Below, one piece after another: positions 9,611 to 19,887 of a DNA stretch of 64,000 nucleotides (the first letter of the stretch is position 1; each line of letters begins with the position of its first letter). The notes below the pieces were generated by a model. That model did not search any database, was not told the origin of the DNA, and saw only the letters and a list, made by a program, of their open reading frames with translations. This DNA is from Planctomycetota bacterium (GTDB lineage Bacteria; Planctomycetota; GCA-002687715; CAIWVZ01): NCBI GenBank assembly GCA_044222185.1, contig JBGANV010000004.1, positions 320,001-384,000 on the forward strand. Reading direction: 5' to 3'. The translations under genes were made by a program, and so were the position numbers.

Positions 9611-9817
9611 GCTCGAACTTCGGCTGCGGCCTGGATCCGCAAGGCTGACCCCCCGACAGACGCTGTCCAAAGGCCTGGCTGAAGCTGGCTGGCCGGCACG
9701 GTCGATCCTCCCTCGCGGGGCGTCTTTTGGGGAGTGTGGTAACTTCCACGCCCTTCTAAGGCTGGCGTGCAGTCCTGGAGGCACGCGGCACGGGAGTGAT
9801 TCTAGGGGCGCAGAGCG

Positions 9818-11149
9818 TTGCCCGACGACGGTAGTAGTGGTTCCAACTGGCTTGCCCGTTCGGCCGTCCTGGTTCAGGACGCCAGCTCGAACACCGCCAT
9901 CATCTGGCTGACGGGCATCGTCCTGGCGGTGGTCGTGGCGTCCGAAAGCGCCATCCGCAACTCACGACGGATCCGGCTCGAAAAGCTCGTCCGGAACGAG
10001 CGACGCCGGGACACCATCATCCGGTTCCTCGAACGCGAGCCCGAACTCCTGGACTCGCTCCTCATCTTGCGGCTGATCGCGACGGTCGTGCTGACCCTCG
10101 CCATCGCCGATCACGTGTCCGAGCGGGCGCTCAGCCGCCACTTCAACGACCTGGCCCTGACGCTCGGGCTCGTCCTGCTCGTCCTGATCGTCGGCGTGTA
10201 CGGCGTCGTCCGCCAGGCCGTTCGGGCCTCGCCGGAGCAGTACCTCTTGCTCCTCTATCACCCGATCCGGATGTTCGACCGGGTGTTCCTGCCGGTCCGC
10301 TGGCTCCTCGGACAGATGGGAGCGGGGATTGCCCGTCTTCTGGGAGTCGTGCGCACCACGGAGGACGACGAGGAGGAGTTCCGCGAGGACATCCTCGATG
10401 CGGTCTCCGGCGGCGAACACACGGGCGTGCTGGGTGAGCAGCAGGCCGAGATGATCGAAAAGCTCGTGGATTTCCACGACCGCGCCGTGTCCGAGGTGAT
10501 GACGCCCCGGACCCGGATCGTCTCGCTCGCCGTCGACACCCCGCTGGCGCAGGCCGTGAAGTTCGCGGTCGATTCGGGCCATTCCCGCATCCCGCTCCAC
10601 GATGGCACGGTCGACCACGTCGTCGGAATCCTCTTCGTGAAGGACCTCCTGAAGTACTGGGACAAGGCGAAGGAACATCCACCCGCGCTGAAATCGATCA
10701 TGCGGCGCGCGCCGTTCGTGCCCGAGACGAAGCGGATCAAGGACATCCTCAAGGACTTCCAGAGCGGCGCCACGCACATGGCCATCGTCCTCGACGAGTA
10801 CGGCGGGACGGCCGGGCTCGTGACGATCGAGGACGTGGTCGAGGAGATCGTGGGGGAGATCCACGACGAGCTCGACCAGGAGGAAGCGGCCCAGCCGGAT
10901 CCGCTCGTCGTTCGCAGCGAACACGAGGCCGAGGTCTCCGCGCGCGTCCGCATCGACGAGCTGAACCAGGCGCTGAAACTCCAACTGCCCGACGACGGCA
11001 GCTACGACACGGTCGGCGGGTTCCTCTTCAGCAAGCTCGGACGCATCCCGCACCGCGGTGAGGACTACGCGTTCGAGAACATCACGTTCGAGATCCTGGA
11101 CGCGGACGAGCGGCAGATCAATCGCGTCAAGGTGATGGTCGGCGAGTGA
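9818..11149 (+). CDS. Hemolysin-family CNNM/CBS/CorC_HlyC protein
   Basis: TM region, VSEVMTPR, GHSRIP, DEYGGTAGLVTIEDVVEEIVGEI, YDTVGG. Confidence 0.93.
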   Translation: MPDDGSSGSNWLARSAVLVQDASSNTAIIWLTGIVLAVVVASESAIRNSRRIRLEKLVRNERRRDTIIRFLEREPELLDSLLILRLIATVVLTLAIADHVSERALSRHFNDLALTLGLVLLVLIVGVYGVVRQAVRASPEQYLLLLYHPIRMFDRVFLPVRWLLGQMGAGIARLLGVVRTTEDDEEEFREDILDAVSGGEHTGVLGEQQAEMIEKLVDFHDRAVSEVMTPRTRIVSLAVDTPLAQAVKFAVDSGHSRIPLHDGTVDHVVGILFVKDLLKYWDKAKEHPPALKSIMRRAPFVPETKRIKDILKDFQSGATHMAIVLDEYGGTAGLVTIEDVVEEIVGEIHDELDQEEAAQPDPLVVRSEHEAEVSARVRIDELNQALKLQLPDDGSYDTVGGFLFSKLGRIPHRGEDYAFENITFEILDADERQINRVKVMVGE

Positions 11150-11913
11150 AGGACACGGGGATCGCGACCGAAGCGATCGTCCTTCGACGCTTCGACTACA
11201 GCGAGAACAGTCAGATCGCGCGCCTCTACACGCGGTCGCACGGTCGCGTCTCGGTCATCGCCAAGGGTTCGAAGAAGCCCAACCCGGACCTGCGCGGTCC
11301 CATCGACGTCTTCTGCCTCGCGGAAGTCGCGTTCCGACCGCGAAAGCCGGAGGAACTCGCCGTGCTGACGCGGTATCGCGTGGCCACGGGCTTTCGCGGG
11401 CTTCGCCCGCGCCTCGAACGCATGGTCGCTGCGTTCTACCTGGTCGAGCTGCTGGCGGAGGGGACTCGCGACTTCGATCCGGACGAGGCCATGTTCGACC
11501 ACTTCCGCGACGCACTCGTGGCGTTGGAATCGGCGACGCCGGCCGAGTGCGACGCGGTCGTGGCTGCAACCGAGCTCGGATACCTGCGGCATGCGGGCAT
11601 CCAGCCGTCGCTGACGAGCTGTGCAGGCTGCGGCGCCGCTCCCCGCGCTGGCGCGCCCGTTTCGCTCTCACCGGGGCGGGGCGGCGTCGTGTGCGCGCGA
11701 TGCCTTCCGCCGGAGACGCCCGGTCTGATCCGTTTCACGGCCGGTCAGCTCCGCACGCTGGCTGCTCTCGCGCAGGCGGCTCCGGGGTCGGCTCACCGCA
11801 TCAGCGTCCTCGCGCGCGACCGCGAGGCCCTGCGGCGCTTCCTGGACCGCGCCCTCGAGCACGTTCTCGAAAAGGAGCTGCGCTCCGCGCCGTTCCTCCG
11901 CCGGGTGTGGTGA
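11146..11913 (+). CDS. recO: DNA repair protein RecO
   Basis: EAIVLRRFDYSENSQI, GRVSVIAKG, Zn finger CAGC...CARC. Confidence 0.95.
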   Translation: MKDTGIATEAIVLRRFDYSENSQIARLYTRSHGRVSVIAKGSKKPNPDLRGPIDVFCLAEVAFRPRKPEELAVLTRYRVATGFRGLRPRLERMVAAFYLVELLAEGTRDFDPDEAMFDHFRDALVALESATPAECDAVVAATELGYLRHAGIQPSLTSCAGCGAAPRAGAPVSLSPGRGGVVCARCLPPETPGLIRFTAGQLRTLAALAQAAPGSAHRISVLARDREALRRFLDRALEHVLEKELRSAPFLRRVW

Positions 11914-12065
11914 AACCTCGCGCGGCGACTCGCTCTCGCGAGCGGGACGGGCGGTGACACGACGCCGTGACCCCGGCGCCGTGCATCCCCAATCCCTTGC
12001 GGGCGTAGCGCCACCGCCATAGCATGCCGCCGCGCCGGACCCGGGGACCCGCGCACACCTCCCAG

Positions 12066-13190
12066 ATGTCGAAACGCATCGTTCCGGCTCTCCTCTTGAT
12101 CGGGCTCGTCGGCTTCCAGGCCTGCGGCAGCTTCGGCCGCAAAGTGAACCAGGCACTCCCCGAATGGATGCGCACCGAGCCCGGTGCGGAGGAAAAGGAA
12201 CGCCTCGTCCACCTTCGCAAGCGCGTCGAGGCGTCGCCGGAGGAGAAGGCGGCCCGCGCAGCGGCCTTCGCCGAGGCCAAGGCCGACTACGACGCCGAGA
12301 ACTGGAGCGCCGCAGGCGACAAGCTCGAGTCGTTCCTCAGCGACTTCCCCGCGTCCGAGTTCGACGAGGAAGGCCGCTTCCTCTGGGGCGAGGCCCGCTA
12401 CCGCGAGGAGGAACAGGTCGAAGCGTTCGCGGCCTACAAGTCCTACGCCCTGAACTACCCGGTCTCGAACCGCGCCCCGATCGTCGAGGAGCGGCTCTAC
12501 ACCATGGGGAAGGACTACATCGAGGGCAAGCACGAGACGTTCTTCGGCATCTTCAGCAACACGGGTCGCGGCGAGGACATGCTGAAGTACATCGTCCAGA
12601 CGTTCCCCAACTCGGAGCGCGCCGACGACGCCCAGTGGCTCCTCGGGCAGTACTACACCCAGGAGGAGGATTGGGAGAAGGCGGTCCCCGCATACGACTA
12701 CCTGGTGAAGGTGTACAAGGGCTCGGAGTGGTATCCGGCCGCCCGCTACCACTCCGCGTATTCGCGGTACCGACGCGTGAAGGGCAACTACTACGATCAG
12801 GTCGTCGTCACCGAGGCCCGACAGCAGTTCGCGAGCTACGTCGCGGACTTTCCGGGCGGTGAGTGGCGCGCGGACGCCGAGCGGATCATCACCGAGCTCG
12901 ACCGCATCGCAGCCGAGAAGATCCTCCTGATCGGCCAGTGGTACATGTCCCAGGACAAGCCGTACTCCGCCCGGTACTACTTCCTTCGCTGCAAGGCGCT
13001 CTACCCCGACTCGGCGGCAGCCGCCACGGCGATGGAGCACTTCCGCGAGGTTGCCGACGCCGTTCCCGAGGGCGACGACGCGGCGATCATCGAGGCCGAA
13101 GAGGCGCGGGTGCGCAACGCCGGACGCGAGAGCCGTCCGGCCAGCCGCCCGGAATCGATCCCGGATTCGGCCCCGTCGGAAAAGCGGTGA
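12066..13190 (+). CDS. bamD: Outer membrane protein assembly factor BamD (TPR lipoprotein)
   Basis: Lipobox FQAC; TPRs with FP(S/N)S and YPDS signatures; lies between recO and lptE. Confidence 0.85.
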   Translation: MSKRIVPALLLIGLVGFQACGSFGRKVNQALPEWMRTEPGAEEKERLVHLRKRVEASPEEKAARAAAFAEAKADYDAENWSAAGDKLESFLSDFPASEFDEEGRFLWGEARYREEEQVEAFAAYKSYALNYPVSNRAPIVEERLYTMGKDYIEGKHETFFGIFSNTGRGEDMLKYIVQTFPNSERADDAQWLLGQYYTQEEDWEKAVPAYDYLVKVYKGSEWYPAARYHSAYSRYRRVKGNYYDQVVVTEARQQFASYVADFPGGEWRADAERIITELDRIAAEKILLIGQWYMSQDKPYSARYYFLRCKALYPDSAAAATAMEHFREVADAVPEGDDAAIIEAEEARVRNAGRESRPASRPESIPDSAPSEKR

Positions 13191-13723
13191 TGGGCACGGT
13201 CCCGCGACGCTGGCTTTGCCCGTGGCTCCCGGCCGCGCTGCTGCTGGCGGTGCTTGGGTGCGGCTACTCCACCGGATCGCTCATGCCCAACGGCGTCGAG
13301 CGCATCTGCGTGGAGATGGCGCGCAACGACACCTTCTACCGGGAGGACGAGTTCCTGCTCACGCGCTACGTGACCCAGGAGCTCATCCGGCGGACGCACG
13401 TGCAGGTTCGCAAGCGCGCGGACGCGGAGGCCGTCCTCGTGATGAAGATCACGAGCCTCGACCGGGTCCCACTCGTGGAGGTGAACCGCGACGTCGTGTC
13501 GGAAGAGGGGTTGATCGGGAACGTCGAGGTCGAGCTCTACGAGCGCTCGACCGGGAAGACGATCACCAAGTTCAACCTGAAGCGCCGCTCCGAGGGGAAG
13601 GCCCCGCGGGGTGAGGACCTGACGTTCGAGCGCGACGCCCTCATGCGGGAACTCGCCGAGGACGCAGTCGTCGAGTTGCAGCACCAGTCGTTCCTCGTCG
13701 AACGCGGCTACACGAGTCCCTGA
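13190..13723 (+). CDS. lptE: LPS assembly lipoprotein LptE
   Basis: LGCGY lipobox, NDTFYR, ADAEAVL; start overlaps the bamD stop (TGATG). Confidence 0.8.
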   Translation: MGTVPRRWLCPWLPAALLLAVLGCGYSTGSLMPNGVERICVEMARNDTFYREDEFLLTRYVTQELIRRTHVQVRKRADAEAVLVMKITSLDRVPLVEVNRDVVSEEGLIGNVEVELYERSTGKTITKFNLKRRSEGKAPRGEDLTFERDALMRELAEDAVVELQHQSFLVERGYTSP

Positions 13724-13868
13724 CGTCCGGTTCTCCATCGTCGCCCGCGGGGGCATACAGGGCGCCGCGTGTTGCGATACCATGCGGGTCCGAAATGCGC
13801 CCCCACTCCGCGACCCGTCCGACCGCTCTTTCGCGTCATCGCGTACCCCGATGCCGGAGGGCTCGGTC

Positions 13869-14726
13869 ATGACCACGCGAGTCGTGCCGCTCGGCAGGGG
13901 ACGCACGCGGAGCGCGGGGGAACCGACGGCGCTCGTCGGCATCCTGAATGTGACGCCCGACAGCTTCAGCGACGGTGGGCGTGTCGTGAACGTCGAGGAT
14001 GCGGTCGCGCGCGCGCGGGCCATGGCTGAACACGGAGCCATCGTCATCGACGTCGGCGGCGAGAGCACACGGCCCGGCGCCGAAGCGGTGAGCGAGGCCG
14101 AGGAGCTGCGCCGCGTCACACCGGTCGTGCGAGCCATCGTCGACCGCGTCGGCATCGTGGTCTCGGTCGACACGACCAAGGCCGCGGTGTTCCAGGCGGC
14201 GTGGGACGCGGGCGCGTCCATGCTGAACGACGTGAGTGCCATGGCTGCCGATCCATCCATGGCGAGCTGCGTCGCCTCCACGGACGCCGCCGTCGTCTTG
14301 ATGCACCGACGCGGCACACCTTCGACGATGGTCGCTCAGGCGAACTACACGGACGTAGCGGCGGAGGTCGCTCTCGAACTCGCCGCGGCCGTTGCGCGCG
14401 CCAGCAGTGCCGGCATCGACGCCGCGCGCGTCATCCTCGACCCGGGCCTGGGATTCGCCAAGCGGCCCTCGCACAACTGGGACCTGATCCGCTCGCTCGA
14501 AACGATCCGCGGGCAACGCTTCCCACTCATGGTCGGACCATCGCGCAAGTCGTTCCTCGGGTCCCTCACGGACCGCGCCGATCCCGCCGAGCGCGACGTC
14601 GCCACGGCTGTCGTCGTCGCGGAACTCGCACGCCTGGGAGTCGAACTCGTCCGGGTGCACGACGTGCGCGCAGCTCGCGATGCCGTGCTGGTTTCGGCAG
14701 CGCTCCACGGGGAGGGCGCCTCGTGA
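13869..14726 (+). CDS. folP: Dihydropteroate synthase
   Basis: GILNVTPDSFSDGG, DVGGESTRPGA, DPGLGFAK, SRKSF, RVHDV. Confidence 0.97.
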   Translation: MTTRVVPLGRGRTRSAGEPTALVGILNVTPDSFSDGGRVVNVEDAVARARAMAEHGAIVIDVGGESTRPGAEAVSEAEELRRVTPVVRAIVDRVGIVVSVDTTKAAVFQAAWDAGASMLNDVSAMAADPSMASCVASTDAAVVLMHRRGTPSTMVAQANYTDVAAEVALELAAAVARASSAGIDAARVILDPGLGFAKRPSHNWDLIRSLETIRGQRFPLMVGPSRKSFLGSLTDRADPAERDVATAVVVAELARLGVELVRVHDVRAARDAVLVSAALHGEGAS

Positions 14727-15514
14727 ACTGGGTCGAAGTGGCGCGGACGGCGACGGAACTCCTGATCCTCGCGACGATCATCTACGCGTTCATCCGCTTT
14801 CTGCAGGAGACGCGCGGCAGCGCCGTGCTGAAGGGATTCATCGTCGTCACGGTGGTGTTCGTCGTCGGTTTCATCACGCTCGTCGAAACGGCCAACCTCG
14901 CCCGACTGAAATGGATCGCCGACCGCGGGCTGCTCTTGTTCCTCTTCGGACTCGTCGCGGTGTTTCAGCCCGAGTTGCGCCAGGCCCTCGTTAGCCTCGG
15001 CGAATCCACGCCGCTGCGCGGATTCTCCCGTCGCCCCAGTCGGTCGGTCAACGAGGAGCTCGTTCAGGCCGCGGCGAAACTGTCGCGCGCGGGGCTCGGC
15101 GCGATTCTCCTCGTCGAGCGCGGGGACGGCATCGCCGGCTTCGCGGAGAACGCCGTGAAACTGGACGCTGTCGTGTCGGCACCGCTCCTCGTGACGATCT
15201 TCTCGAAGGACACTCCGCTTCACGACGGCGCAACCCTCGTGCGCGGGGATCGGATCATCGCGGCCGGTTGCCTTCTCCCGCTGTCGGAGAATCCCAATCT
15301 GAGCCAGACGCTCGGCACGCGGCACCGCGCGGCGCTCGGCGCGGCCGAGGAGTCGGATGCTCTCGTGATCATCGTGTCCGAGGAGACTCGGCGCATCTCC
15401 GTCGCTCAGCGCGGTCAGCTCGAGCTGGGCGTGACACTGGACCGGCTCCGCGAGCTTCTCGAGTTGCCGGCTCCCGCGGAGGAGGACGTTCCCGTGAGTG
15501 GGCAGACCGCATGA
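14723..15514 (+). CDS. cdaA: Diadenylate cyclase CdaA (DacA)
   Basis: Three TM helices, FQPELR, PLHDGA and GTRHRAA catalytic motifs, VSEET. Confidence 0.95.
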   Translation: MNWVEVARTATELLILATIIYAFIRFLQETRGSAVLKGFIVVTVVFVVGFITLVETANLARLKWIADRGLLLFLFGLVAVFQPELRQALVSLGESTPLRGFSRRPSRSVNEELVQAAAKLSRAGLGAILLVERGDGIAGFAENAVKLDAVVSAPLLVTIFSKDTPLHDGATLVRGDRIIAAGCLLPLSENPNLSQTLGTRHRAALGAAEESDALVIIVSEETRRISVAQRGQLELGVTLDRLRELLELPAPAEEDVPVSGQTA

Positions 15515-16671
15515 CGACGGGCGACATCGCGCCGCCGCGCACGACCGGGATTCGCCGAGCCGAGGGCGGCCGGCGCGGGTTCTTCGTAGCGCTGGTGACC
15601 GAGCACGTGATCGCCAAGCTCGTCGCGTTGCTCTTTGCCGGCGTGATCATCGTCCTCATCGACCGCGAGCTCACGACGATGTTGCTCGACGCCGAATTCG
15701 ACGTGCGCATCGCCGGAGCGGCCGAGGCGCAGACGACGAACAACGGCGGTCGCCGCGTGATCCTTCTCGAGCCCGAACCCGGCGTAACCGTACAGGCGCT
15801 GGACCGCCGCACGACCCGCGTCACGATCAACGGTCTGAAGAAGTTCGCCGAGGCGCTGCAGGCCGGCAACGGCCAGGTCGGCCACGTCGTCATCAAGAGC
15901 GACTGGTTGACGCGCGACAGTCAAGGCGTGTCGCGGACGCCCCGGAAGGTCGAGGGCACCGACGTCGACTTCGGGATCCCCGGATTGAAAGTGTCCCTGA
16001 CTCCGTCGCTCCAGATCGAACTCGACCCGGAGATCGAACGCGAGCTGAAGCTCGTTGGTGATGCTCACGACGTCGCGCCCGGGCTGGTTGCCGAGGTGAC
16101 CTATGAACCGCCGTTCGTGCGGGTGCTCGGGCCGCAATCGTGGTTCCGCGGACGTGGGGCCATCGATCAAGTCAACCTCACGGTGAGCTGCGCGGGGAAG
16201 ACCGAGGCCTTCACGGACCGTGTCACCGTGCTTCCGGACGAACTCGTGCAGAAGCAGGTTCGGCTGGCGCCCGGGCAGCAGATCACGGCGAGGGTCGCGT
16301 TCCGCGACGGCGAGGACGCCACGCTGGACGTCGACCAGGTGCCGTTGAAGACCCTGGACTCGCCGGGCAGCGAGTACACGTTCGCCTTCCAGGCACCCCT
16401 CGACGGACCAAGGCCGGTCGTCACCGTGAAGCTCACGGGGAACCGCGAGGCCGTGGCGCGCTATCGCGGGGCTGCGAAGGAGGAACTGCGCGCGATCAAG
16501 GCGTGGATCAACACCGACACCGTGGTCGCGAAGCTGTCTCAGGTGCTGACGGATCCCAGCGCCGACCCGCCGGTCCAGACGGCGGACGTGCGTGTCATGG
16601 GAGTCCCCGCCGACTTGAAGGTCGTCGGCGTGACTCCCGACAAGGTCGACGTGAAGGTGCGAAAGAAGTAG
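15511..16671 (+). CDS. cdaR: CdaR/YbbR-like regulator
   Basis: Single TM helix followed by beta-rich repeats (PPFVRVLGP, VTVKLTG, TPDKVDV); sits between cdaA and glmM. Confidence 0.65.
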   Translation: MTTGDIAPPRTTGIRRAEGGRRGFFVALVTEHVIAKLVALLFAGVIIVLIDRELTTMLLDAEFDVRIAGAAEAQTTNNGGRRVILLEPEPGVTVQALDRRTTRVTINGLKKFAEALQAGNGQVGHVVIKSDWLTRDSQGVSRTPRKVEGTDVDFGIPGLKVSLTPSLQIELDPEIERELKLVGDAHDVAPGLVAEVTYEPPFVRVLGPQSWFRGRGAIDQVNLTVSCAGKTEAFTDRVTVLPDELVQKQVRLAPGQQITARVAFRDGEDATLDVDQVPLKTLDSPGSEYTFAFQAPLDGPRPVVTVKLTGNREAVARYRGAAKEELRAIKAWINTDTVVAKLSQVLTDPSADPPVQTADVRVMGVPADLKVVGVTPDKVDVKVRKK

Positions 16672-16700
16672 GCTGCGCGGAACTCAGTCGGGGGCCCCAG

Positions 16701-18044
16701 TTGACCAGGAAGTACTTCGGTACGGACGGGATTCGCGACGTCGCGGGGCGAGGCCTGCTGACGGACGATCGGGTTCGAGCGTACGGCCGTGCCTTCGGGC
16801 GGTTCGTCGCAACGCGCCATGCCGGTGGGCGAGTCCTCATCGGCCGTGACACCCGCGCTTCCGGGCCGGGCATCGTGTCCATGCTCAGCGAGGGCATCAT
16901 CGCCGCTGGCATCGACGTCGTCGACGGCGGGGTCCTGACGACGCCCGCCGTACAGGCGTTGTGTCGCGACGAGGGGTTTGCGTCCGCGATCGTCGTCTCG
17001 GCGTCGCACAACCCGGCCGAGGACAACGGGATCAAGGTTCTCGGCAGTGACGGCCGCAAGCTGGCCGACGACCTGGAAGTGGAGCTCGAAGGCCTGATCG
17101 ACGCGGACGCGCCGCTGAAGGCCACCACACCGGGGCGGCTCACCAAGGATGCGGACGCCGAGAACCGCTACGTGCACTTCATGCACGAAAGCTGCTTTCC
17201 GGCGCTCGATCTTCGAGGGCGGACGATCATCCTCGACTGCGCCCACGGAGCCGCGTCCCACCTTGGACCGCGGCTGCTGGATGCCTTCCACGCCCGCAGC
17301 TTCGTTTTTCACGCGCAGCCGGACGGTCTGAACATCAATCGGAACGTGGGTGTCTTCCACGTGGCTGACCTGAAGGACGCCGTGGTCGAAAACGCGCCCG
17401 CCATCGGCGTTGCGCTGGATGGGGACGCCGACCGCGCGCTCTTCCTGGACGAGAACGGCGTCGTGCGGGACGGCGACCACATCATGGGGCTGCTCGCGGA
17501 CGACCTGGCCCGGCGTCATCAGCTTCCGGGGCGGCTCGTCGTCACGACGGTGATGGCCAACCTGGGCCTCACGACCTACCTGAAACGCCACACGATCCAG
17601 CAGGAGACCGTTCCGGTGGGCGACCGCTACGTCTCGGCGCGCATGGCGGAGACGGGCGCCACGCTCGGCGGGGAGCAGTCGGGGCACATCATCTTCCGCA
17701 GCGGCACGCGCTGGTTTGGGGACGGGCTCTACACGGCGTTGCGAGTCCTCGACGTGATGGTTCGCAGCGGGAAGTCGCTGGCCGAACTTGCCGCCGGCAT
17801 CGAGAAGTTCCCTCAGGTCCTCATCAACGTGAAGGTGGCGACCAAGCCACCGGTCACCGAGATCCCGGGCCTGTCGGCGGCCCACGCCGCCGCAGAGAAG
17901 GAACTCGCCGACGAGGGGCGCATCGTCCTTCGATACTCGGGGACCGAATCGATCCTGCGAGTGATGGTGGAAGGCCGGCACGAGGAACTCGTCAAGCGAA
18001 TCGCCAACGACCTGGCGGACATCGTTCGCCGGGCGATCGGGTGA
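16701..18044 (+). CDS. glmM: Phosphoglucosamine mutase
   Basis: YFGTDGIR, SASHNPAEDNGIK, DGDADR, GGEQSGH, RYSGTE; TTG start. Confidence 0.95.
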   Translation: MTRKYFGTDGIRDVAGRGLLTDDRVRAYGRAFGRFVATRHAGGRVLIGRDTRASGPGIVSMLSEGIIAAGIDVVDGGVLTTPAVQALCRDEGFASAIVVSASHNPAEDNGIKVLGSDGRKLADDLEVELEGLIDADAPLKATTPGRLTKDADAENRYVHFMHESCFPALDLRGRTIILDCAHGAASHLGPRLLDAFHARSFVFHAQPDGLNINRNVGVFHVADLKDAVVENAPAIGVALDGDADRALFLDENGVVRDGDHIMGLLADDLARRHQLPGRLVVTTVMANLGLTTYLKRHTIQQETVPVGDRYVSARMAETGATLGGEQSGHIIFRSGTRWFGDGLYTALRVLDVMVRSGKSLAELAAGIEKFPQVLINVKVATKPPVTEIPGLSAAHAAAEKELADEGRIVLRYSGTESILRVMVEGRHEELVKRIANDLADIVRRAIG

Positions 18045-18048
18045 CGAG

Positions 18049-18945
18049 ATGGCCGCACTGGCGGCGTTCTCGGCGGGCGCGAGGTTCGACGATCGAATCC
18101 GCGCGCTCCCACGCCTGGGCGTCGGCATCTCCACGGAGTTCGGCGCCGGGCGAACGGGCCTCGACATCCTTGCGTTTCGATCGGCCCGGCCGGATCTGGT
18201 CTCGTTCCTCGAGGTGGGTGTCGACCTGGATCGCGGACTGGATGCGGACGCGCGCGCCTGGATCCGCGCCGGGCTGCCGACGACCTACCACTTCCTCGAC
18301 CTGAACCTGGAGGAGATCGAGGACCTCGATCGGGACACCCTGGACGAGGTCGCCGCGCTCGCCCGGGAGGCCGGCGCCGCGTGGCTGTGCGGGGACGCCG
18401 GGCTGTGGCACGTCGGTCCGAGGGATCGGGGGCATGGTGTGCTCGTTCCGCCGATCCTCGTGCCGTCCGGCGCCGACGCCATGGCCGAGGCGACGATCCG
18501 GCTGCGGGAGTGCACCGGATTCGAAGTCCTGCCGGAGAACCCTCCGGCCCACGTCTTCCCCGGGCCACTTCACCTCCTCGACTATTTCGGGCGCGTCTGC
18601 GACCGGGCGGATTGCGGCCTCGTCCTGGACCTTTCGCACCTCGCCGTGTTTCAGCGGGTTCGCGGCCACGAGCCCCTTACCGCCCTGGATGGGTTTCCCA
18701 TGGATCGCATCCTGGAGATCCACGTGGCCGGCGGGCGCACCGTCGAAGTCGACGGACGCACCTTCGTCGACGACGATCACGGAACGGACGTGCTCCCCGA
18801 GGTCTGGGACATCTTCGACTTCGTGCTGAGCCGTGCTCGGAACCTTCGCGCGATCGTCTGCGAGTGCGAGCGGAATCCCGTCGGCCAGGTCGTGCCGCTA
18901 TTCGAGCGCCTGGTGGCGGCAACGCGGCTTGCAGGCCGGGCCTGA
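18049..18945 (+). CDS. DUF692-family multinuclear non-heme iron oxidase (MNIO)
   Basis: LGVGI, LEV, TYH, ENPP, LDLSH, EIHVAGG, DDH, PEVW and terminal ExE pattern of the DUF692 TIM barrel. Confidence 0.85.
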   Translation: MAALAAFSAGARFDDRIRALPRLGVGISTEFGAGRTGLDILAFRSARPDLVSFLEVGVDLDRGLDADARAWIRAGLPTTYHFLDLNLEEIEDLDRDTLDEVAALAREAGAAWLCGDAGLWHVGPRDRGHGVLVPPILVPSGADAMAEATIRLRECTGFEVLPENPPAHVFPGPLHLLDYFGRVCDRADCGLVLDLSHLAVFQRVRGHEPLTALDGFPMDRILEIHVAGGRTVEVDGRTFVDDDHGTDVLPEVWDIFDFVLSRARNLRAIVCECERNPVGQVVPLFERLVAATRLAGRA

Positions 18946-19772
18946 TGGACACGCGTCGCCTTCAGCGGACGTTGTTCCGCATGCAGCTCGACCCGGCCTT
19001 CGCGGCCGCCATCTTCGCGGGCGACGTCGCCGCGGAACGCTCGACGGGACTCGATCGCGCGGGGCTCGCGATGCTTCAGTGCCTCGACCCGGTCGCCGTC
19101 GCCGCGGACCCCGGCGGCCGGCGGCGGGGACAGGTTCTCGGAAATCTGTCGACGGAGTTCGTCCTCACGGTGAGCGTCGCGTTGAGCGCTGAGCGTCGCG
19201 CGGATTTCCTGAACGAGTTCACCGGTTCTGAAGATTTCCACAACGCCATCACCGAGGACTCACCGCTTCCGCTGGCATTCGCCGCGTTCGCCGAGCGCGC
19301 AGCAAATGCCTCGAATTCGCGGCATTTTCAGGCGATCGCGAGGCTCGAGGCCGCCATGGCCCGAGCGCGTCGCGCGCCGCGAGCCGTGACGTTGCCCACG
19401 AGCGGGGCCTTCACGCTTTCACCTCACGCGTGGCTGGTCGCGCTTCCCGACGGCGCGCTGGCCTGGGCGGAGGACGCCCGGCTGCACATCGATCGCAGTG
19501 AAGCGTTGCCGGCGGCGCGCGTCGTCGACGGCGCGGACGGCGGGGAGACAGCCTTGGTGAAGGCGACGCCCGCACCAACACCGCGGAGGTTGTCTCAGAT
19601 CGTGGTCGAGAGACTGGAGGATGCCGTGGCTCGGCTGCTGCGCGCGGCAGAGCACGGGCTCGATGAAGCGACGCGTGATCGAGTCGCCGAGTGCACGGGC
19701 GCGACGCGCGATGAACTCGACGACTTCATCGCGTCGCTCGTCGACGACGGAGTGCTCGTTCGCGGTGAGTGA
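18945..19772 (+). CDS. Putative MNIO partner protein (DUF2063-like, possible C-terminal winged helix/RRE)
   Basis: Translationally coupled (TGATG); ARLEAAMARARR; C-terminal LDDFIASLVDDGVL resembles PqqD/wHTH ends. Confidence 0.6.
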   Translation: MDTRRLQRTLFRMQLDPAFAAAIFAGDVAAERSTGLDRAGLAMLQCLDPVAVAADPGGRRRGQVLGNLSTEFVLTVSVALSAERRADFLNEFTGSEDFHNAITEDSPLPLAFAAFAERAANASNSRHFQAIARLEAAMARARRAPRAVTLPTSGAFTLSPHAWLVALPDGALAWAEDARLHIDRSEALPAARVVDGADGGETALVKATPAPTPRRLSQIVVERLEDAVARLLRAAEHGLDEATRDRVAECTGATRDELDDFIASLVDDGVLVRGE

Positions 19773-19887
19773 GAGCGTCGCGTCGAGCAAAAAAAATTTC
19801 TTCTTGAGCGACGAACAGCACGATAGACTCCGCGCGGCTTCATTCGGAAGTCGATGGTGCAATGGAGCGAGATGCGGAGGTCCTTTG

